NCBI GenBank assembly: GCA_025201805.1
Contig: MU619270.1
Coordinates: 100,172-164,171 of the forward strand
Origin: Parasitella parasitica NRRL 2501
Lineage: Eukaryota > Fungi > Mucoromycota
Direction: 5' to 3'
DNA: 64,000 nt
Shown: one piece after another, positions 60,938 through 64,000 of the stretch
Numbering within the stretch: position 1 is the first letter of the stretch
How the letters are laid out: each line of letters begins with the position of its first letter
Notes under the pieces: model-generated
What the model saw: the letters and a program-made list of their open reading frames with translations, nothing else
The model's database searches: none
What the model was told of the DNA's origin: nothing
Translations under genes and position numbers: made by a program

Positions 60938-63571
60938 CTAATTAAAATAGTCTTTGACTAAGATTTCTTCTGAACTTAGCTCGACGTAGCCTAGTGATTG
61001 GTTTCCTAGTGATTCGTTTTCTAGTTGATCAATCTCGGTCAATGACTTCTCCACAATATGTTTGAGAAAGGCGAAAAACTCGAGGACTTTGACCCACTGT
61101 TTTTTTTCTGCTTTAGTGGTGGGGATGGTACATGATCTTGCTTCCACAAACTTCCACTTAGTGGAGTTGTGAACAGTAGTCAAACAAAGCGTAAAACAAT
61201 TTTCAATAATAGAAATGCAAGGGATTTGTACCTTCATTAATGTTTTTAAAGAGCCCATCTTGTACTTTGTGATGATGTACTTCAGGAAATTAGATGTACT
61301 TTTTAATTGCTTGTAAGTATCATCTATGGTATGCGGAGTGCTAGCCTCGGATCTGTTAAAGAAAATATCTTAGCCTCAATACAGAAATGACAATCTTCTA
61401 AAAAAAAAAAAAGTTTCTTGCATACCCAGAAGATTCCAATATTACTGTTAATGTCTCTACTTCATTTGTTAAAATACCATCATGAAGCTTTCTGTTGATT
61501 CCAGAAACTCGAAAGTCTTTCAAAGGAAGCCATACACGCCTTGTTTCAATTAGTTGTTTCTCACACCTTTAAATGTGAAAAAATTAAATCTCTAAGCATC
61601 TTTGAATATCTGATAGATAGGATTACTCACCATGAACCGCTTAGACTTCCAACCATAATACTAAAATTCTTAAATATAGGGACAACAGTTTCACAGAAAA
61701 AAGTCTTTTCATGACTTGGATTGATTGGAGTTGATCTTCGACAGGTTTGATAATAGTCGGTCAGGATATGGCGCATCATATCAATAAATTTGCCTTCGCC
61801 TGGCAATGTCCAAATCTTTCGAGTGTCCATGAAATTGTCAGGATCTAAAACACTATTTAAAAAAGAAATTGCACCTTCATGAAACTTAATGTATGCATTT
61901 GCATATTGCTCGTCTCGGTAGGCTTCAAATATTACTTGAGTAGCAGGGTAGCAGGTTATTCTTGTATCTGACGACAAACGTATTTCAAATAAATCACTTA
62001 GGCAACCATGATCGCTTTGATTGAGGGCAGGCTTTTTTGGAGATATAAGGTTCTTTGAAGGAACATGGTAGTCAAATCGTTTGCCGTTCTTAACAAAAGA
62101 GTATTGGCTCTATAGGATTTTTCATAAGTATTTCTTTTTTGTAATTGGAAACTACGTATACATCATTGATGATACCTTTGATACGGTAGGATTGATATTG
62201 AAGGGATCTTCCGTGTCAAACAAAGACTGCTCGTATTGCTGATTAATTTCACTGATATTAACTGACCTGCTCGCTTCGCTCACGACGGCCATCGTCGCCC
62301 TACCGGGAGCTCAATCTTTTGATAAGTGCTAATCAGAAATTCAATGCTCTTTTATTGTTGTCTATCTATAACTTAAAATATATTGTTAGACAGAAATAAA
62401 AATATAGATGTAGTAACGCACAATAGGAAAAAAACGTAAAAATCAGTAGAGTTATATAAATACTTCATGGAATACAATATTATCGGTGTATGATCCAGTA
62501 TAGTTTTTGGTAGTTGAGGTATTTCTATGCAGAAGAATTTTGATTGAAGATAGCTGCTCAATGCGCGAGAAAGCAACATATAACTGGCCGTGTGAGAAAA
62601 AGACCAAGAAAGTCGAGTGACCTTGGGCCTTGATGGTCATGGTGAATACCGGTCTAACAGAAAATTAGCAATCAACTCAGGACAGCACAAAGAAAAATCG
62701 GGATTTGCACTGGTGCCTCCATTTTTCTCTATGCCCACATGCGTGCTTGACAATGGCGATAGATGCTGTTCCTTCCACCAAGATCATGGCGTTTGGTGAA
62801 AGAGGGTGTACTTCTTCTAGCCATGTTATGAGTATTGTTGTGTATTAATTTGGCACCCAATCTACTGGTAGATCGCAAATGACTTTCTTGTCCACAGCTT
62901 GAACAAATACGTCTGCTGGTTGTTGCATCATTAACGCTGATTGTTTCTGTTTGCTGATCTACTTTCATAGTTTCAGATTGAGATCCCAGTTTACACAAAG
63001 AATTCGATTATAATTGTAAAGTAAAAACAAATTTGAGTCATACGATTAGCAATGTTGTTAGCGCAATGACGATAAGAAGATCGATGATGGCCTATAACAC
63101 CACAGCTTCCGCAAGTGTTAGTATTAGCACGGGTGTTATTGAGGCAAAGCCTGCTTGCAGAACGCGAATGGCCTTCTTGACCACAGCTTGAGCAGATTCT
63201 AATAGCTGGCAATCTGTGTTTGTAGTAATAAAAAGTGTCAACATATTTGTATTAAATAAAACAGAGTGTGTAGCTTAAAAAGTCGCCTTTGCTGGTTAGA
63301 CCATGTCCAATTTCGAACGATTCAAACTTTTTCGCCCGACTTTCAACATTATTCACTCTGTTTAGAGAGTTTTAATTTTAAATTAATGTACATGATCATC
63401 TATTTCATGTTTTGTTTCATACGCACATTTTACTTATAATTTTCTGAAGTGTTAAAGTATTTTCAATTAGTTTCTGAAATTGAGGATGTGCTTGGCTCAA
63501 AGCCGACTTCTTGAAATTTAACAAACTGGAATGGAATTGAAAAAACCAACTAAAGCATTTGTTAATTCCAT
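60938..63571 (-). pseudogene. Multi-exon REase-fold-like gene interrupted by a Helitron derivative
   Basis: Downstream exons about 62260-62176, 62109-61631, 61566-61426 and 61352-60938 splice in frame (HEKTFFCETVVPIF..WCEK..KLHDGIL..ILESSG..HTIDDTYKQL). Putative 5' exons 63571-63427 (contains a frameshift) and 63357-63301 lie beyond the insertion. Confidence 0.6.
62261..63300 (-). mobile_element. Internally deleted, non-autonomous Helitron (about 1.04 kb)
   Basis: Contains the N-terminal Rep zinc-finger relic (HDLGGRNSIYRHCQARMW) joined almost directly to the PIF1 helicase C-terminus (FTMTIKAQG..FSHGQLYVAFSR..TDNIVFHEV). The 5' end starts TC at 63300, and a GC-rich hairpin region lies just inside the 3' end (62262-62310). 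Confidence 0.8.
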
Positions 63572-64000
63572 TTCTTCTTGGTTTGCTTTATTCTTGAGCT
63601 TCAAGCGACTTTAATGCGACTGTTTTTTTTACGAGGCGTGTAAAAAAAGTTAGCAGATAAATAAGAGTTATCTAAAAAAAGTATGCTGGGAAACTCGCCT
63701 GGGAAACCAGCTTGGAGGTCTCCCATTTAAAATAATTGAAATTCAGATTTTGACAAAATAAAGTGATATCATTGGATAAACTCTTATGTTATTTGACATG
63801 AAAGTGTACCTAATGCATTGAATACTGGTGTCTTTATACTGTTAATTGATTATTCTTGTATATATTCACTATAGTAGATTTTCTACTGAATATTTTTTAT
63901 TGTCTAAGGTTATTTTTAATATCTTTTAAGAAGTTTATAAAAGAGCTTTACTAAAAGAAACATCGAGAAAGACTTGGAAAATACTAAAAATCTGAATTAT

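Noticed and set aside
1-64000. tRNA, rRNA, CRISPR arrays, telomeric repeats, bacterial contamination
   Set aside because: None seen by eye; spliceosomal introns occur throughout, including in the bacterial-type serine dehydratase. A covariance-model scan would be needed to exclude small ncRNAs.

Overview
This is eukaryotic, intron-containing fungal DNA. The short (about 50-70 nt) GTAAGT..AG introns and the gene content point to a Mucorales-type fungus (inference). Genes, left to right: a Na/K-ATPase-like P-type pump; an intact DD34E Tc1/IS630 transposon with perfect 176-bp TIRs and TA duplication; a 7-exon HIT/Hnt1 gene missed by the ORF track; a bacterial-type Fe-S L-serine dehydratase with a mitochondrial-looking presequence; two tandem F-box genes (one frameshifted); a LEA_2-like membrane protein; TRA1; a small secreted protein; an aldehyde dehydrogenase; an M20 amidohydrolase pseudogene; a region of decayed elements (REase-like and MULE relics); a PDR ABC transporter; three paralogous secreted-peptide precursor genes; DEG1/PUS3; an unknown nuclear protein; pirin; and a REase-like gene split by an internally deleted Helitron. 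The best candidate for an undescribed system is the 49.2-54.7 kb cluster. Each gene encodes a signal peptide, a conserved cationic Asn/Val-rich core of about 40 aa, a Kex2-type KR site, and a variable tail that is strongly acidic in two copies. This looks like a family of processed surface-active, amyloid-like or antimicrobial peptides. All family assignments come from motif recognition by eye; no database searches were run.
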